NCBI RefSeq assembly: GCF_058153355.1
Contig: NZ_JBLWLY010000002.1
From: a plasmid
Direction: 5' to 3' (one strand)
DNA length: 64,000 bases
Part shown: positions 11,049 to 23,296 of the stretch, piece by piece
Position numbering within the stretch: position 1 is the first letter of the stretch
Layout: every line of letters starts with the position of its first letter
Program-made: the position numbers and the translations under genes
Notes under the pieces: generated by a model
The model's input: only the letters and a program-made list of their open reading frames with translations
Databases searched by the model: none
Told to the model about the DNA's origin: nothing

Positions 11049-11898
11049 TCTTCAACAAACTTATTACCGCCAGGTAAAGAACCCGAATCCGGTGTTCACA
11101 CCCCGTGAAGGTGCCCGGACGCTTCCGTTCTGCGGGAAACTGATGGAAAAGGCGGTGGGCTTCACCTCCCGTTTTGATTTCGCCATTCATGTGGCACATG
11201 CCCGTTCGCTTGGTCTGCGTCGGCGCATGCCACCGGTACTACGTCGCCGGGCCATTGATGCGCTGCTGCAGGGGCTGTGTTTCCACTATGACCCGCTGGC
11301 CAACCGCGTTCAGTGCTCCATCACCACGCTGGCCATTGAGTGCGGACTGGCGACGGAGTCTGATGCCGGAGTACTCTCCATCACCCGAGCCACCCGTGCC
11401 CTGACCTCCCTGGCTGAGCTGGGGCTGATTACCTACCAGACGGAATATGACCCGCTTATCGGGTGCTACATTCCGACCGATATCACGTTCACACCAGCAC
11501 TGTTTGCCGCTCTCGATGTGTCTGAGGTGGCGGTGGCTTCCGCACGCCGCAGTCGTGTGGAATGGGAAAACAGACAGCGCAAGAAGCAGGGACTGGATAC
11601 CCTGGGTATGGATGAACTGATGGCGAAAGCCTGGCGTTTTGTGCGTGAGCGTTTCCGCAGTTACCAGACAGAGCTTAAGTCCCGTGGAATGAAGCGTGCC
11701 CGTGCGCGTCGTGATGCGGACAGGCAGCGTCAGGATATTGTCACCCTGGTGAAACGGCAACTGACGCGTGAAATCTCGGAAGGGCGCTTCACTGCCAGTC
11801 GTGAGGTGGTAAAACGTGAAGTGGAGCGTCGTGTGAAGGAGCGCATGATTCTGTCACGTAACCGTAATTACAGCCGGCTGGCCACAGCCTCCCCCTGA
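11041..11898 (+). CDS. repA1: RepA1 replication initiator (RepFIIA)
   Basis: 285 codons from GTG at 11041; [19 protein letters not shown] and later sequence match IncFII RepA1. Confidence 0.9.
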
Positions 11899-12200
11899 AA
11901 GTGACCTTCTCTGAATAATCCGGCCCGCGCCGGAGGCATCCGCGCGCCTGAAGCCCGTCAGTACACAAAAAAGCAGCACCACATACAAAAAACAACCTCA
12001 CCATCCACCTTCCGGTGCATCCGGTTTCCCCTGTTTTTGATACAAAACACGTCTCACAGACGGGCAATTTTGCTTATCCACATTAAACTGCAAGGGACTT
12101 CCCCATAAGGTTACAACCGTTCATGTCATAAAGCGCCAGCCGCCAGCCTTACAGGGTGCAATGTATCTTTTAAACACCTGTTTATATCTCCTTTAAACTA
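11899..12200. other. oriR vegetative origin region (approximate)
   Basis: directly downstream of repA1; DnaA-box ttatccaca at 12074..12082. Confidence 0.5.
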
Positions 12201-12872
12201 CGTAATTACATTCATTTAAAAAGAAAGCCTATTCACTGCCTGTCCTGTGGACAGACAGATATGCACCTCCCACCGCAAGCGGCGGGCCCCGACCGAAGCC
12301 ATCTTAGTTACAACACTCAAACACAACCACCAGAAAAACCCAAGTCCAGCGCAGAACTGAAACCACAAAGCCCCTCCCTCATAACTGAAAAGCGCCGCCG
12401 CCCCGGCCCAAAGGGCCGGAACAGAGTCGCTTTTAATTATGAATGTTGTAACTAAGCATCATCATCGCTGTCAGTCTTCTGGCTGAAAGTCCTCAGTACA
12501 CGCTCGTAAGCGGCCCTCACGGCCCGCTAACGCGGAGATACGCCCCGACTTCGGGTAAACCCTCGTCGGGACCACTCCGACCGCGCACAGAAGCTCTCTC
12601 ATGGCTGAAAGCGGGTATGGTCTAGCAGGGCTGGGGATGGGTAAGGTGAAATCTATCAATCCGTACCGGCTTACGCCGGGCTTCGGCGGTTTTACTCCTG
12701 TGCCATATGCAACAACGGAGTGCCGCCTTCCATGCCGCTAACGCGGCATCAAAAAATCCCTCTTCTCCAGTGCCCCCCTCCGAACTCAGAGTGTATTTTC
12801 ATTTATTGATGAAATTTACTGTTTGCGCAATTTTCCTGTTTTAGTGTATTTTGTCATTCTGGAGGCTATAAT

Positions 12873-13184
12873 ATGTTTAATGTGATTACTCACCCGGCCG
12901 CACTGGATGAACTTCTGGAATTACCAGACAATCTGCGTGGTCGTATGACCAGACTGATTGAACGGCTGGAACAGGAAGGTAACAAAATGAAAATGCCTCA
13001 CAGCCGTGTAATTGGCGGAGGGCTTTTTGAACTGAGAGTCGGGGATAAAAATATCGCAAGGACACTGTACGCTTATGCAACGGGTAACGAAATCTATCTG
13101 CTGCATGCATTTGTGAAAAAAACGCAAAAGACACCAACGAAAGCTATTGAAATTGCCAGGATGCGTCTGAAGGAGATGAACTGA
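12873..13184 (+). CDS. RelE/ParE-superfamily toxin, HigB-like
   Basis: 103 aa; toxin-first order with overlapping downstream HTH antitoxin. Confidence 0.65.
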   Translation: MFNVITHPAALDELLELPDNLRGRMTRLIERLEQEGNKMKMPHSRVIGGGLFELRVGDKNIARTLYAYATGNEIYLLHAFVKKTQKTPTKAIEIARMRLKEMN

Positions 13185-13471
13185 TGAAAGTAAAAGGTGT
13201 TCCATTCAGCCAGGTAAAGCAAAAACTACTCAGTACTCCAGAAGCTGTCAAAGGGTATGAGGATGCTGACAAAGAACTGGAGATGGTGGAAATGTTATAC
13301 GAAATGAGAGAAAAAGCGGGATTAACAAAGTCAGCACTGGCCGAACGAATGGGGTTACGCCCGTCAGCCATCAGTCGCCTGGAAAGTAACCCTTTAGGGG
13401 CCAGCATGAAAACTTTGACAAAATATGCTCATGCCTGTGGCGCAACCATCGATATTCACGCTGTCTATTGA
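13184..13471 (+). CDS. HTH (XRE-type) antitoxin, HigA-like
   Basis: 95 aa with helix-turn-helix segment LTKSALAERMGLRPSAISRLE; start overlaps toxin stop. Confidence 0.65.
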   Translation: MKVKGVPFSQVKQKLLSTPEAVKGYEDADKELEMVEMLYEMREKAGLTKSALAERMGLRPSAISRLESNPLGASMKTLTKYAHACGATIDIHAVY

Positions 13472-13756
13472 GGGGGCCGCTTGGAATTCGGAAAATAAAC
13501 CACGTTAAGACTATTTTTTAGACAAATGACTTTCAGGAATCGCCAAGATGGCGGGATAACAGCGGTTTTGGTGTCCGAAATCGTACAATTCTGTACATCC
13601 ACGAAAGGGAATGTACGGAAGTAAGCCAGACGGTTATCGGACGGTAAGAACATTTCGTACAGCCTTTACGTTCAGTGAGTTAGCTGGCCTGGACGTAACC
13701 ACTCGTTAACTCAATTCTCTTAGCGTGGGAAAATTTCCGAATTCCAAGCGGACCCC
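13472..13756. mobile_element. Tn3-derived inverted-repeat miniature element
   Basis: 38-bp terminal IRs gggggccgcttggaattcggaaaataaaccacgttaag (13472..13509) and its near-complement (13719..13756), matching the Tn3-family IR pattern; no transposase inside. Confidence 0.7.
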
Positions 13757-13801
13757 TTTATCCTTGCCCCGCTGAATGAGGAAACGCTGTTCCGGGGGAT
13801 T

Positions 13802-14029
13802 ATGCTGAACGTCTTCCGTTCACGGTACTGCTGGACGATGTGGCTGGGTGCGCTGATAACGTCGTTGTTGTTCGTCGCCGCGCACAGCCAGTATCAGAAC
13901 CTGCTGACCCTGGCAGAACTGTTCCTGGTGGGGGTGATTACATCAGCGGCCAGGATCAGAAGTGGTGGCCTGCTGCTGCCGGTATTGCTGCATATGGAAG
14001 CAACCGCGCTGGGTTTACTGTTTGGTTGA
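13802..14029 (+). pseudogene. CPBP/Abi-family intramembrane protease C-terminal fragment
   Basis: 75-aa ORF; family call from memory of the CPBP C-terminal region; a second copy of the same fragment is at 17049..17196. Confidence 0.4.
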
Positions 14030-14121
14030 CAGTTATATTTTTATTAAACATTGCGCGTTAAAGCCTGGTGTGTTTTTTTAGTGGATGTTATATTTAAATA
14101 TAACTTTTATGGAGGTGAAGA

Positions 14122-14379
14122 ATGCATACCACCCGACTGAAGAAGGTTGGCGGCTCAGTTATGCTGACCGTCCCACCGGCACTGCTGAACGCGCTGTCTC
14201 TGGGTACAGATAATGAAGTTGGCATGGTCATTGATAATGGCCGGCTGATTGTTGAGCCGCACAGACGCCAGCAATATTCACTGGCTGAGCTACTGGCACA
14301 GTGTGATCCGAATGCTGAAATATCAGCTGAAGAACGAGAATGGCTGGATGCACCGGCGACTGGTCAGGAGGAAATCTGA
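14122..14379 (+). CDS. pemI: PemI antitoxin, copy 1
   Basis: 85 aa MHTTRLKKVGGSVMLTVPPALL..., PemI/MazE-like. Confidence 0.85.
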   Translation: MHTTRLKKVGGSVMLTVPPALLNALSLGTDNEVGMVIDNGRLIVEPHRRQQYSLAELLAQCDPNAEISAEEREWLDAPATGQEEI

Positions 14380-14380
14380 C

Positions 14381-14713
14381 GTGGAAAGAGGGGAAATCTG
14401 GCTTGTCTCGCTTGATCCTACCGCAGGTCATGAGCAGCAGGGAACGCGGCCGGTGCTGATTGTCACACCGGCGGCCTTTAATCGCGTGACCCGTCTGCCT
14501 GTTGTTGTGCCCGTAACCAGCGGAGGCAATTTTGCCCGCACTGCCGGCTTTGCGGTGTCGTTGGATGGTGTTGGCATACGTACCACAGGTGTTGTGCGTT
14601 GCGATCAACCCCGGACAATTGATATGAAAGCCCGGGGCGGAAAACGACTCGAACGGGTTCCGGAGGCTATCATGAACGAAGTTCTGGGCCGCCTGTCCAC
14701 TATTCTGACTTGA
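14381..14713 (+). CDS. pemK: PemK toxin, copy 1 (GTG start)
   Basis: ERGEIWLVSLDPTAGHEQQGTRPVLIV..., PemK/MazF family; ORF 14249..14713 in track. Confidence 0.85.
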   Translation: MERGEIWLVSLDPTAGHEQQGTRPVLIVTPAAFNRVTRLPVVVPVTSGGNFARTAGFAVSLDGVGIRTTGVVRCDQPRTIDMKARGGKRLERVPEAIMNEVLGRLSTILT

Positions 14714-14978
14714 ACATGGGGGGGTGCCCCTATTAAGTTGTCAAGCATGTTATGACCCCTGCGGGGTATAAAAAGTCCCGTCGCGCATCATGGCGAACAG
14801 AACGTCGCAGCGTCGTCTCGCCAGGGCGATAAGCGCCTGATTGTGTCGTTTTCCCTGACTCATTTTGCGGGTGTAGTAAGCCCTGGAGAGCGGATCCCTG
14901 AGCGCGGCGAAGGCCGACTGTCAACGCCACGATTTTTAACCGTTATTTGCCATTTTCATGCCCGCTAAGATACTTTCG

Positions 14979-16948
<1,970 letters not shown>

Positions 16949-17048
16949 GTTGATGTCCTTTCTGGTGTGGGAACCTTAAGGAAACAACATGTTGGGTGGA
17001 GCGGACAATCCAAATGGCGAATTACCGTCTTATATCACTGGCGCTGAC

Positions 17049-17196
17049 ACACAGCCAGTATCAGAACCTGCTGACACTGGCAGAACTGTTCCTGGTGGGG
17101 GTGATTACATCAGCGGCCAGGATCAGAAGTGGTGGCCTGCTGCTGCCGGTATTGCTGCATATGGAAGCAACCACGCTGGGTTTACTGTTTGGTTGA
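17049..17196 (+). pseudogene. CPBP-family protease C-terminal fragment, copy 2, cut by IS21 end
   Basis: same sequence as 13877..14029 beginning exactly at the IS21 terminus. Confidence 0.4.
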
Positions 17197-17288
17197 AAGT
17201 TATATTTTTATTAAACATTGAGCGTTAAAGCCTGGTGTGTTTTTTTAGTGGATGTTATATTTAAATATAACTTTTATGGAGGTGAAGA

Positions 17289-17546
17289 ATGCATACCACC
17301 CGACTGAAGAAGGTTGGTGGCTCTGTTATGCTGACCGTCCCACCGGCACTGCTGAATGCGCTGTCTCTGGGTACAGATAATGAAGTTGGCATAGTCATTG
17401 ATAATGGCCGGCTGATTGTTGAGCCGCACAGACGCCCGCAATATTCACTGGCTGAGCTACTGGCACAGTGTGATCCGAATGCTGAAATATCAGCTAAAGA
17501 ACGAGAATGGCTGGATGCACCGGCGACTGGTCAGGAGGAAATCTGA
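17289..17546 (+). CDS. pemI: PemI antitoxin, copy 2
   Basis: 85 aa; three substitutions relative to copy 1. Confidence 0.85.
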   Translation: MHTTRLKKVGGSVMLTVPPALLNALSLGTDNEVGIVIDNGRLIVEPHRRPQYSLAELLAQCDPNAEISAKEREWLDAPATGQEEI

Positions 17547-17547
17547 C

Positions 17548-17880
17548 ATGGAAAGAGGGGAAATCTGGCTTGTCTCGCTTGATCCTACCGCAGGTCATGA
17601 GCAGCAGGGAACGCGGCCGGTGCTGATTGTCACACCGGCGGCCTTTAATCGCGTGACCCGCCTGCCTGTTGTTGTGCCCGTAACCAGCGGAGGCAATTTT
17701 GCCCGCACTGCCGGCTTTGCGGTGTCGTTGGATGGTGTTGGCATACGTACCACAGGTGTTGTGCGTTGCGATCAACCCCGGACAATTGATATGAAAGCCC
17801 GGGGCGGAAAACGACTCGAACGGGTTCCAGAGACTATCATGAACGAAGTTCTTGGCCGTCTGTCCACTATTCTAACTTGA
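17548..17880 (+). CDS. pemK: PemK toxin, copy 2 (ATG start)
   Basis: MERGEIWLVSLDPTAG...; ORF 17416..17880 in track. Confidence 0.85.
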   Translation: MERGEIWLVSLDPTAGHEQQGTRPVLIVTPAAFNRVTRLPVVVPVTSGGNFARTAGFAVSLDGVGIRTTGVVRCDQPRTIDMKARGGKRLERVPETIMNEVLGRLSTILT

Positions 17881-18184
17881 ACATGGGGTTTGAGGGACAA
17901 CCGGACGAAAACGTTCGATTTAGGGCACTAAAACCGCTGCTGTTCCCTCATTCAGTGACTGCCCCAGGTTTTTTTCATGCTCTCCAAGATAGGTGTTTCT
18001 GGGCTCTGTTTGGGAAACGTAATCCTATCACACATTTACACCACTGAATTAGATTTCGATTGTGGAGTAATATCTTTAGTAAATAAATTTAGTCTTTCTT
18101 TTTCAGTTGAGAAAATATATCTCTTGGCTTGGGTTGCATTTTTCTTACTAATTAAGTCTGATATATGTTGTGGAGTATTTATTG

Positions 18185-18541
18185 TCAATTACCAAGTGGG
18201 TAGTATTTATGTGTGAAATAGTTATTTCTTGAAGCATTTTTATGACATAAAACTCCTTTAATATACTCTTTCCTTTTATAAAAAAGATGCATTCCGACTA
18301 CAAAACTTGGATATAAATCCTCTAGTGTCTTAAAAAGATCCTCAATGAAGTTGTTTTTACTATCATCAATATAAATAGTGTGCCTGTACATTTGGCCACA
18401 AATTTTTGTGGCATTAAGAGGAACAATTCTTTCTTTTATTTGCTTCTTGCTAGCGTCTATTTTAACAAAACCATAAACTGTATCTTTCCCGACATGTGGA
18501 TCTTTAGATGTTATTTTAAACTGTCTGATATAGTCAACCAA
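18185..18541 (-). CDS. hypothetical protein in AT-rich segment
   Basis: 118-aa ORF with ordinary composition; no family recognised. Confidence 0.35.
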   Translation of the reverse strand: MVDYIRQFKITSKDPHVGKDTVYGFVKIDASKKQIKERIVPLNATKICGQMYRHTIYIDDSKNNFIEDLFKTLEDLYPSFVVGMHLFYKRKEYIKGVLCHKNASRNNYFTHKYYPLGN

Positions 18542-18924
18542 CAGACGTATCGTGTACTAATCATATGGGGGGGCTGTTGGTTGTTTTCCTGCTTCGACAT
18601 AACAAATCTTTCTGGTTCATGTGGTTAAATAACTGTTCATCATACGCCGGAGGAGACTTAACAAAAAATTCCCCTATGTTGCCTCGTGACAGGACGTAGC
18701 TACCAGTGAATGCTGCGCATGGCGGTTTTGGTGTCCGATATCGTACAAAACTTACCCGTCAGCCTATTCATGTATTGCGCCTGTGGCACACACGAGAAAA
18801 CAGGTAGATTGTGTGTGGAGGAAACATGATTCCTTTCGTGTTATACCGCATGTTTTTTCTACTAACATTTTTTATGATAATCTGAATATTCGTAAAAATC
18901 CGATTTTTTAGTATGTATAAAAGA

Positions 18925-18962
18925 AGAGCAGGTAATTGACTGAACCTGCTCTTTTTTATTAT
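18925..18962. terminator. hairpin terminator downstream of parR
   Basis: gagcaggtaattgactgaacctgctc stem with T/A runs on both sides. Confidence 0.5.
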
Positions 18963-19318
18963 TTTTTTAACATAGAAAGATTGCGTCTGGTTTGTTCTTC
19001 GAAATCATCTTTTGAAGTGATGCTCTCTGATTTGTTTTCTGAAGATGCCGCTATGATGTTTTTTAACACACTTATATCAATTGATGTAGATGTGTATCCT
19101 GTTGTTTGCTCTATAAGTTTCACCAGATTTTCTGCAGTGATTTTCTCACTGAAAAAACCACTGATTAGCGTTAACAGTCGGGGGTCAACAGAATAAAGAG
19201 CTGCTCCGCAAATAAGAGATTGTCTGTAGAAGTCTCCCCGCATTTGTATCGGGAGAGAGTCTATTGTTTGTTGTGTCAGGTTATCCTGCGGATAAAGTGT
19301 CGGGTGCAGGTATGCCAC
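18959..19318 (-). CDS. parR: ParR/StbB-like partition adaptor
   Basis: 119 aa immediately downstream of the parM-like gene; ParR-like size and position. Confidence 0.6.
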   Translation of the reverse strand: MAYLHPTLYPQDNLTQQTIDSLPIQMRGDFYRQSLICGAALYSVDPRLLTLISGFFSEKITAENLVKLIEQTTGYTSTSIDISVLKNIIAASSENKSESITSKDDFEEQTRRNLSMLKK

Positions 19319-19349
19319 AACTTTCTTTTTTTCGGATCACTGCTTTCCA

Positions 19350-20238
19350 TTACGCATGCACCATTGCTTTCACCAATGCAAACTGAGGTTCATCCACCTT
19401 GTTCACTTTCAGATTCGGGAAATATTGCTTTATGTGAGGGTAAATAAGCTCGGCTCCCCCGCCTGTGAGGTAGATTCGGTTCATTCCTGAGAATGTTGAA
19501 ATTTCCTGCCTGATGCTTTCTGCCAGAGATTTCACCTCACTGTCTATTACATGAGTAATATTTTTTATTTCAGCCACATCATTTATTAATGTCTGGAGAT
19601 ATTCATTATCATGCCTGTTTTTTATTAACTCATCAGCAATAAAATAATTGCAGGGTGTGGAGGCTTTTGTTAGTGCATTCATGACGGTATGAGTTATGCG
19701 GGATGTCCCGATTTCTGAATTGCCACGGATTTCAGAAATGCCTTCAAATGCACCGAGAATTAAACCACAATCCAGAGTGGTTCCTCCAAGATCGATAATC
19801 AGGCTGCGTTCAAGTTTGTTTACTTTATCTTTTTTTAGTGATTCAAATGCAGCCGGCAAAGATTCAGGCATTACATTAACTTTTTTAATTTTAAATGTTT
19901 CCCCTTTATTCAGAGATATCTCACGGAGAACATTTGCCTTTTTTCTTTCTATTCTTTCTTCATTTGGTTGATTGTCATTATCAAAGAATTCGGTTACAGG
20001 TAATGTTACTGTCAGTTCTACATCCTGTGGCTGAAGGCCGGATGTCAGCAGTGCTGCCCAAATCATAGGTGTATTTTTTTCCATCCACGACGTAATTGTA
20101 AACTTTGCCGGCATTAAACAGTCCCGGGTTCCAGCCTTCTTTAAAGCTGTTTCCTGACAGACTGGTTCTTACCTCGCCATCTTCAAGCCAGGCCAGTTTT
20201 ACGTTAGTTGAACCATCATCGCATGATACTTTTAGCAT
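19350..20238 (-). pseudogene. parM: ParM/StbA actin-like partition ATPase, frameshifted
   Basis: N-terminal part (ORF 19981..20283, CDDGSTNVKLAW) and C-terminal part (ORF 19350..20114, IIDLGGTTLD) are in different frames. Confidence 0.7.
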
Positions 20239-20284
20239 TCTTTTTGCCTCGTTTTGAGTTTGTGTTTGTCTCAAATTGAGCATC

Positions 20285-20400
20285 CTTTATGTCGATGCAT
20301 CTTTTTGAGTTTTTGTTATTTCTTATTGTGACTCAATTTGAGTTCTTGTTGGTTTCTCATTTTGCGTCACAAACTGAGACGGAAACTACTTAACCAGGCC
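20285..20400. promoter_or_regulatory. parC: parC-like centromere/promoter repeats (approximate)
   Basis: repeated ttgag/tcaa motifs directly upstream of parM. Confidence 0.4.
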
Positions 20401-20589
20401 GTGCCGGCACGTTAACCGGGCTGCATCCGATGCAAGTGTGTCGCTGTCGCCGGCCTCCTCACCCGGTCACGTTTCGTCGTTCCTCCTCCACGCGCTGCGG
20501 CTTCGGGGCCGCACCTGCATTCGTATGCGGTCGCCCGGTTACAGGTGCGGCACGGCCTGATGGAGGCCGCATGTGAGAGGAGAATTCCC

Positions 20590-21516
20590 ATGCCAAACTG
20601 GTGCTCGAATCGTATGTATTTTTCTGGTGAACCAGCACAGATTGCTGCGATTAAACGACTGGCCAGCGGTGCAGTCACACCGCTTTATCGCCGCGCCACA
20701 AATGAAGGTATTCAGCTGTTTCTGGCCGGAAGTGCCGGACTTCTGCAGACCACTGAAGATGTGCAGTTTGAACCGTGCCCCGGACTGACGGCTGCCGGAC
20801 GTGGTGTTGTATCGCCGGAGAATATCGCGTTCACCCGCTGGCTGACACACCTGCAGAACGGTGTGCTACTGGATGAACAAAACTGCCTGATGCTGCATGA
20901 ACTCTGGCTGCAGAGTGGTACTGGCCAGCGTCGCTGGGAAGGATTACCGGATGAGGTCAGGGAAACCATCACCGTGCATTTCACCGCCAAAAGAGGTGAC
21001 TGGTGTGGCTTCTGGAGTAACGAGGATGTATCGGTGTGGTGGAACCGTCTGTGTGACAATGTACTGCCGGAAAAAAACATGCCGTTTGACCTGTTGACGG
21101 TTCTGCCCACCCGCCTGGATGTTGAAGTGAATGGCTTTAACGGTGGTGTTCTGAACGGTGTTCCTTCTGCGTATCACTGGTATACGGAACAGTATGGCGT
21201 GAAGTGGCCTGTGGGGTATGAGGTGAATATCAGCCGTCAGGGAGAAAACTTCATTCAGGTGGATTTCGACACGCCGTGGTGTCAGCCGGAAAGCAACGTT
21301 GTTGCAGAATTAAGCCGCCGTTTCGGCTGCACGCTGGAGCACTGGTACGCCGAACAGGGCTGCAATTTCTGTGGCTGGCAGCGATATGAGCGTGGAGAGC
21401 TTGTTGATGTGCTGTGGGGGGAACTGGAATGGTCTTCCCCGACAGATGATGATGAGCTGCCGGAAGTCACCGCGCCGGAGTGGATAGTCGACAAGGTGGC
21501 GCATTACGGGGGATGA
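20590..21516 (+). CDS. hypothetical protein, likely conserved plasmid backbone gene
   Basis: ORF 20545..21516; probable start MPNWCSNRMYF at 20590; family not identified. Confidence 0.55.
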   Translation: MPNWCSNRMYFSGEPAQIAAIKRLASGAVTPLYRRATNEGIQLFLAGSAGLLQTTEDVQFEPCPGLTAAGRGVVSPENIAFTRWLTHLQNGVLLDEQNCLMLHELWLQSGTGQRRWEGLPDEVRETITVHFTAKRGDWCGFWSNEDVSVWWNRLCDNVLPEKNMPFDLLTVLPTRLDVEVNGFNGGVLNGVPSAYHWYTEQYGVKWPVGYEVNISRQGENFIQVDFDTPWCQPESNVVAELSRRFGCTLEHWYAEQGCNFCGWQRYERGELVDVLWGELEWSSPTDDDELPEVTAPEWIVDKVAHYGG

Positions 21517-21899
21517 AGTATGACGGAGACGGGCGGGCAACCGCCCGTTTCTTTTCCGACAAAGGATGTCGCCGTGCTCCTCTTTTTACTGCGCCGGCTG
21601 ACGCGGCGCGGCATAAACGCTGCCTGTGGTCAGTGTCCCGCGTCCGGCGGGCACGGGACGGGCGCTTTACCGCTCCGGGCTGGCGTCGGTGACAGTGTAC
21701 GCCAGCCCGTCGCCCTGTTCTGATGAACGCCCTTCAAGCCGCTTTCTCGGCATAACCTTGCCGTCAGAAAGACGACGGCTGCGGTATTCCACGGTCGGTC
21801 TGACCCGTTACCGGACGCGGTGAACAGCCCACAGGCAGCGGGGAACGGGCACCACAGGGGTGCCCTCCCGGTGCCCTCTGTAAGAGAAGGAGCGTTGTT

Positions 21900-22583
21900 A
21901 TGTCCCGTTTTGTCCTTGGTAACTGCATCGATGTTATGACGCGTATCCCTGATAACGCCATTGATTTCATATTAACTGACCCGCCATATCTCGTCGGTTT
22001 TCGTGACCGTTCCGGGCGCACCATCGCCGGAGATAAAACCGATGAATGGCTGCAACCGGCCTGTAATGAAATGTACCGCGTGCTGAAAAAAGATGCGCTG
22101 ATGGTGAGCTTCTATGGCTGGAACCGCGTCGATCGCTTTATGGCCGCCTGGAAAAATGCGGGATTCAGCGTGGTTGGCCACCTGGTATTTACCAAAACCT
22201 ACACATCGAAGGTCGCATATGTGGGCTATCGCCACGAATGCGCTTACATCCTGGCAAAAGGGCGTCCGGCGCTGCCTCAGAAGCCATTGCCCGACGTGCT
22301 GGGCTGGAAATATTCAGGCAACCGCCATCACCCGACGGAAAAGCCCGTTACCAGCCTGCAACCGCTCATTGAGAGCTTCACACACCCGAACGCGATTGTG
22401 CTGGACCCGTTTGCAGGCAGCGGCTCAACCTGCGTCGCCGCCCTCCAGTCCGGACGCCGGTATATCGGTATCGAGTTGCTTGAGCAGTATCACCGTGCCG
22501 GGCTGCAACGCCTTGCCGCCGTGCAGCGGGCCATGCAGCAGGGGGCCGCGAATGATAACTGGTTTGAACCGGAGGCGGCGTAA
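21900..22583 (+). CDS. orphan DNA methyltransferase (N6-adenine/N4-cytosine type)
   Basis: 227 aa with DPPY motif (LTDPPYLVGF) and SAM-binding-like FAGSGST; no adjacent restriction gene seen. Confidence 0.8.
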   Translation: MSRFVLGNCIDVMTRIPDNAIDFILTDPPYLVGFRDRSGRTIAGDKTDEWLQPACNEMYRVLKKDALMVSFYGWNRVDRFMAAWKNAGFSVVGHLVFTKTYTSKVAYVGYRHECAYILAKGRPALPQKPLPDVLGWKYSGNRHHPTEKPVTSLQPLIESFTHPNAIVLDPFAGSGSTCVAALQSGRRYIGIELLEQYHRAGLQRLAAVQRAMQQGAANDNWFEPEAA

Positions 22584-22805
22584 ATGAACTATGCCGGACA
22601 CGAAAAACTTCGCGCCGAAGTGGCGGAGGTGGCCAACACCATGTGTGACCTTCGGGCCAGGCTGAACGATATGGAGCATCGCTGTCGCTTTGATTCCGAT
22701 GTGCTTGTTGAACGCCTGACACGCCAGACGCTGTATCGCGCCAATCGCCTGTTCATGGAGGCATATACCGAAATTCTGGAACTGGATTCCTGCTTCAAAG
22801 ATTGA
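22584..22805 (+). CDS. hypothetical protein
   Basis: 73-aa ORF immediately after the methyltransferase gene. Confidence 0.4.
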   Translation: MNYAGHEKLRAEVAEVANTMCDLRARLNDMEHRCRFDSDVLVERLTRQTLYRANRLFMEAYTEILELDSCFKD

Positions 22806-23251
22806 GGGGAGAGAGTATGTACGGAACATGCGAAACGCTCTGCCGGGAGCTGGCAGCAAAGTATCCGGGAGACACGCCGTTGATGCTGGTTGTCTGGTCC
22901 CCGGAAGAGATTCAGGCCCTCGCTGACGGAATGGATATTTCCCTGTCCGATCATGAAATCAGGACCGTCCTGGCGCGCCTGGAGGACATCCCGGAAGACC
23001 AGCGAATTGAGTCCGGTATTTCTTCCTCCGCGGCGATGGAGATTATCAGCAACGTGAGCGAAAACCGCCAGGTGACCGTCCCTGCTGAACTGCTGGCGTC
23101 CCTGATTCAGACCGCTGAACAGGCATTGTGGAAGCGTGAATGGGCCGCCCGTGATTACGGCCTCGCCGTCCCGGAATGCGTTACCCGCCGTCAGGCGGTG
23201 GTTAATCAGGCCCGCATCCTGCTGAAAAACAACACGCACGAAAACGACTGA
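22802..23251 (+). CDS. hypothetical protein
   Basis: 149-aa ORF; start overlaps the upstream stop. Confidence 0.5.
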   Translation: MRGESMYGTCETLCRELAAKYPGDTPLMLVVWSPEEIQALADGMDISLSDHEIRTVLARLEDIPEDQRIESGISSSAAMEIISNVSENRQVTVPAELLASLIQTAEQALWKREWAARDYGLAVPECVTRRQAVVNQARILLKNNTHEND

Positions 23252-23296
23252 TGTTATCGCCGCCTGCGGGCGGCGATACAGGGAGAACGATTAATC

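Noticed and set aside
12261-12455. ORF 12261..12455 downstream of oriR, possible RepA4
   Set aside because: Position fits the small repA4 ORF of IncFII replicons but I cannot confirm the sequence from memory; the product is Pro/Lys-rich and low-complexity.
13563-13590. Motif ggttttggtgtccgaaatcgtaca, repeated at about 18722, as a possible new repeat family
   Set aside because: It resembles the inner part of Tn3-family inverted repeats (CGGAAA..TCGTAC), so it is better explained as partial IR remnants.
14733-14930. ORF 14733..14930 between pemK copy 1 and IS21
   Set aside because: Short, Arg-rich, no homology recognised; lies in a 200-bp scrap next to the IS21 end.
20074-20081. Homopolymer T run as cause of the parM frameshift
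   Set aside because: Reading both frames shows the frame switch lies between the codons for STAD and ALLTSGL, about 30 bp away from the T run, and looks like a short deletion rather than slippage.
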